Assembly (NCBI GenBank): GCA_008632985.1
Contig: QPGO01000010.1
Coordinates: 124,001-188,000 of the forward strand
Source of the DNA: Psammoneis japonica
Taxonomy: Eukaryota
DNA: 64,000 bases
Direction: 5' to 3'
The notes beneath the pieces were generated by a model. That model ran no database searches. It was given only the letters and a program-made list of their open reading frames with translations, and was not told the origin of the DNA. Positions 61,639 through 64,000 of the stretch are shown here, one piece after another (position 1 is the first letter of the stretch; each line of letters opens with the position of its first letter). The translations under genes were made by a program, and so were the position numbers.

Positions 61639-62948
61639 ACCAGAACTCATGTGACATGCCAACACCACGCTACATGCTATCGTGGTTGCTAGCGCCATGC
61701 AGCACAAAACGCGTCCTAACGAGTAACAGGTATTTGTTTGTTTGTCAACACTCGCCCATTACCTCGTGGGAAAGCTTATTCAGATACCAGCAATGGAGAA
61801 AACTGCATTTTTTGCTTCTGTACTACTGGTACGGTAATTGGGATGATGCTCAAGACGAGTGGAAAAAGGGAGATGAAGTCGACGAGGGATCCCCGAGAAC
61901 AAGCCCCTCTCAAAGTTTGAATGGAAGTTATTCTATGTGACGAAGAACTGAACTGCTGTCGGTCGACTCGACACGAGCTCTATTTCGACAATGTTGAGAT
62001 GCGAACCAAGAGGTGACGTGGTTCCGAGACCCTGTCAAGCCTTCAGTTTCGTGACGATTTCGCTTTGCTATCTTCGGGACATCGTCATCCAATACTTTTT
62101 GGTTCGCCAAACCAACCGAATCTGTTTGAAAGTGTCCCAACTATGAATGTCGGTCGCGAGTGCATGAATACATAGAAAAGTGGCGACTACCGCTTCGACC
62201 ATTGGTGTGCTTCTGAGCTGCAGCCATTTCACATGGTAGCCTCGTCCTGTTCCTCCTGTGCTGCTCCCCGTCAACTACCGCCACCACCGGGACCAAAGAA
62301 AATGGCAGACGAGCGACTGGCCGCTTGGACATCTGAGATAACTCGTCTTGAGCAACAGTTGACCCAAGCCAAAGAAACTGGGAAGGAAGCAAGTCGAAGG
62401 AATTCTCGGTGACGGCATTGGATTTACCGCACAGGAGGCCAAGATCGAGCGTCTTCGAAACAAAGCGAAACAAGAACTCAAAGCAGGTCGCGGTGTGCAC
62501 CACACACAAGATACCGTAAGTTTGTCGAACTGAACTTGGTTCTTTTGTATGCTTTCAAAACCTTGCGGAACTCTTGTTGATTGTGTGGCCGTCCTCTTTT
62601 CGCGTTGAGTACACAGGACGCTCGTTGAGCAACCAGCTCCCTTTCCCCAGCCCTCAACGGTTGTGCGCAAAGAAGCTACTCCCCTTCATGAAACTCCGCG
62701 GTTGCGTGATCCTATTGATAATGCGGCTGTGGCGTGACTTCGGGCTGACAAACCCCTCCGTCGCATATGGCTGTTTTCATCAGTCGCCGCCCCGTCAACT
62801 GCCGCGCTCAATTCCAAACTTCGCCTCGGACCGGTTTGCCTCTGCCCCTCACCCTGATCTGGAGTGGTCCGCGGCTACGGCAAAAGTAGTCGTTGAGACA
62901 GCACACAGACGATCAACACCTGCTAGTGAGACGGAACATTGTTGATAT

Positions 62949-63872
62949 ATCCCCGACAATCCCAGAGTGGTCGATTGTGACCCCCAAACGAAAAGGATCT
63001 TGATGCATGTGAAGGGTCTGTGAAGAAGGGAAGGCAGGAGTATGAAGACCAATAGCATGGGTCGCGCGACTCTGGGTATGTGTAAAGGGGGGGGCATCTG
63101 TGTAAATGCTGCAGTTTGAAGCTTTGGTAGGGGAGAACGTCAACTTTGAAGCTCCAAAAGGAAAAGAAAACGACTCGCCAGTCTCAGCAGCAATCGACGC
63201 ATGCTCCCAAGAATGTCTAAATCACCGGGATGGACGGCTATTCCGCATTGAATTGGCCGATTCGAACCTGTCGTATTTATAGTTTTAGTAGAGTGAATGA
63301 TGTATGCAAAAGAGCAGCAAAATAACAGAACCTCTCTGGCACAATCGCCAGAGCCAGCTAGTGTACTACCTTATTTTCTTAATCTCTGCTTACACAGAAT
63401 CCCCGACAGTCCCAGAGCGGTTGATTTTGACCCCCGAACGAAAAGGATCTTGATGCATGTGAAAGTTCTGTAGTGAGAAAGGGAAGGCAGGAGTACGAAG
63501 ACCAATAGCAGTGGTCACGCGACTTAAGGTTCTGTGTAAAAGGGGGTGCACTCTCAAAAACAAGCTGCAGTTTGAAGCCTTTGGATGGTAGGAGAGAAAA
63601 TTTTGCAGCTCCAAAAGGAAACGAAAACGAGGGTACTCCTCGCCAGTCGCAGCAGCAGTCGACGCATGGTCCCAAAAATACCTCAAAGCGAAATCACCGG
63701 GATGGAGGGCTATTCCGCATTGAATTCGCCGATTCAAACCTGTCCTATTTGTCGTTTTAGTTGAGTGTATGTATACAAAGTAGCAGCAAAGCAACAGAAC
63801 CTGTCTGACACAACAGCCAGAGCCAGCTCTAGAGTACTACCTTATTTTCTTTACCTCGATTTATACAGAATC
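62949..63872 (+). repeat. Diverged tandem direct repeat, 2 x about 450-470 bp
   Basis: atccccgaca.tcccagag...gaaaaggatcttgatgcatgtgaa...tactaccttattttctt...acagaatc starts at 62949 and 63399. Confidence 0.9.
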
Positions 63873-64000
63873 AAGTGTCCTTATCTGGCTTGTGCAATGT
63901 GATACAAAGAACAGTTCCATCATCCACTGGGTCCGATCCTGCAGGCACTAATATCTCACCCATGATTGCAATGTCTTCGTCGTCTGTGGTCATTCCGAAT

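Noticed and set aside
61700..62940. Short ORFs downstream of the thioesterase
   Set aside because: Fragmentary, with no recognisable family.

Overview
Eukaryotic DNA, most likely from a diatom: GT-AG introns, a fucoxanthin-chlorophyll a/c light-harvesting gene with an AAAFAP plastid presequence, and diatom-style transposon remnants. Two sharply separated sequence states alternate. (i) Ordinary gene-rich DNA holds two sulfotransferases, HPPD, a P1B-ATPase pseudogene, a Cdc123-like ATP-grasp gene, a leishmanolysin-like protease, an LHC gene, a hotdog thioesterase and hypothetical genes. (ii) Four blocks (about 1-20900, 40215-42300, 44160-50380 and 55790-58700) have almost no TpA or CpG and are rich in TpG/CpA. 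These blocks contain nested, ruined Copia, LINE, DIRS-like and Penelope-like elements, a 7,014-bp tandem duplication and two damaged host-type genes. Comparing the duplicated copies shows TpA->TpG (A->G) and TpA->CpA (T->C) substitutions arising independently in each copy on both strands, on top of CpG decay. This is the opposite direction to fungal RIP. It suggests a domain-restricted TpA hypermutation or genome-defence process that I do not know to be described. All counts and alignments were made by eye. Several single-base frameshifts in conserved genes suggest imperfect assembly polishing.
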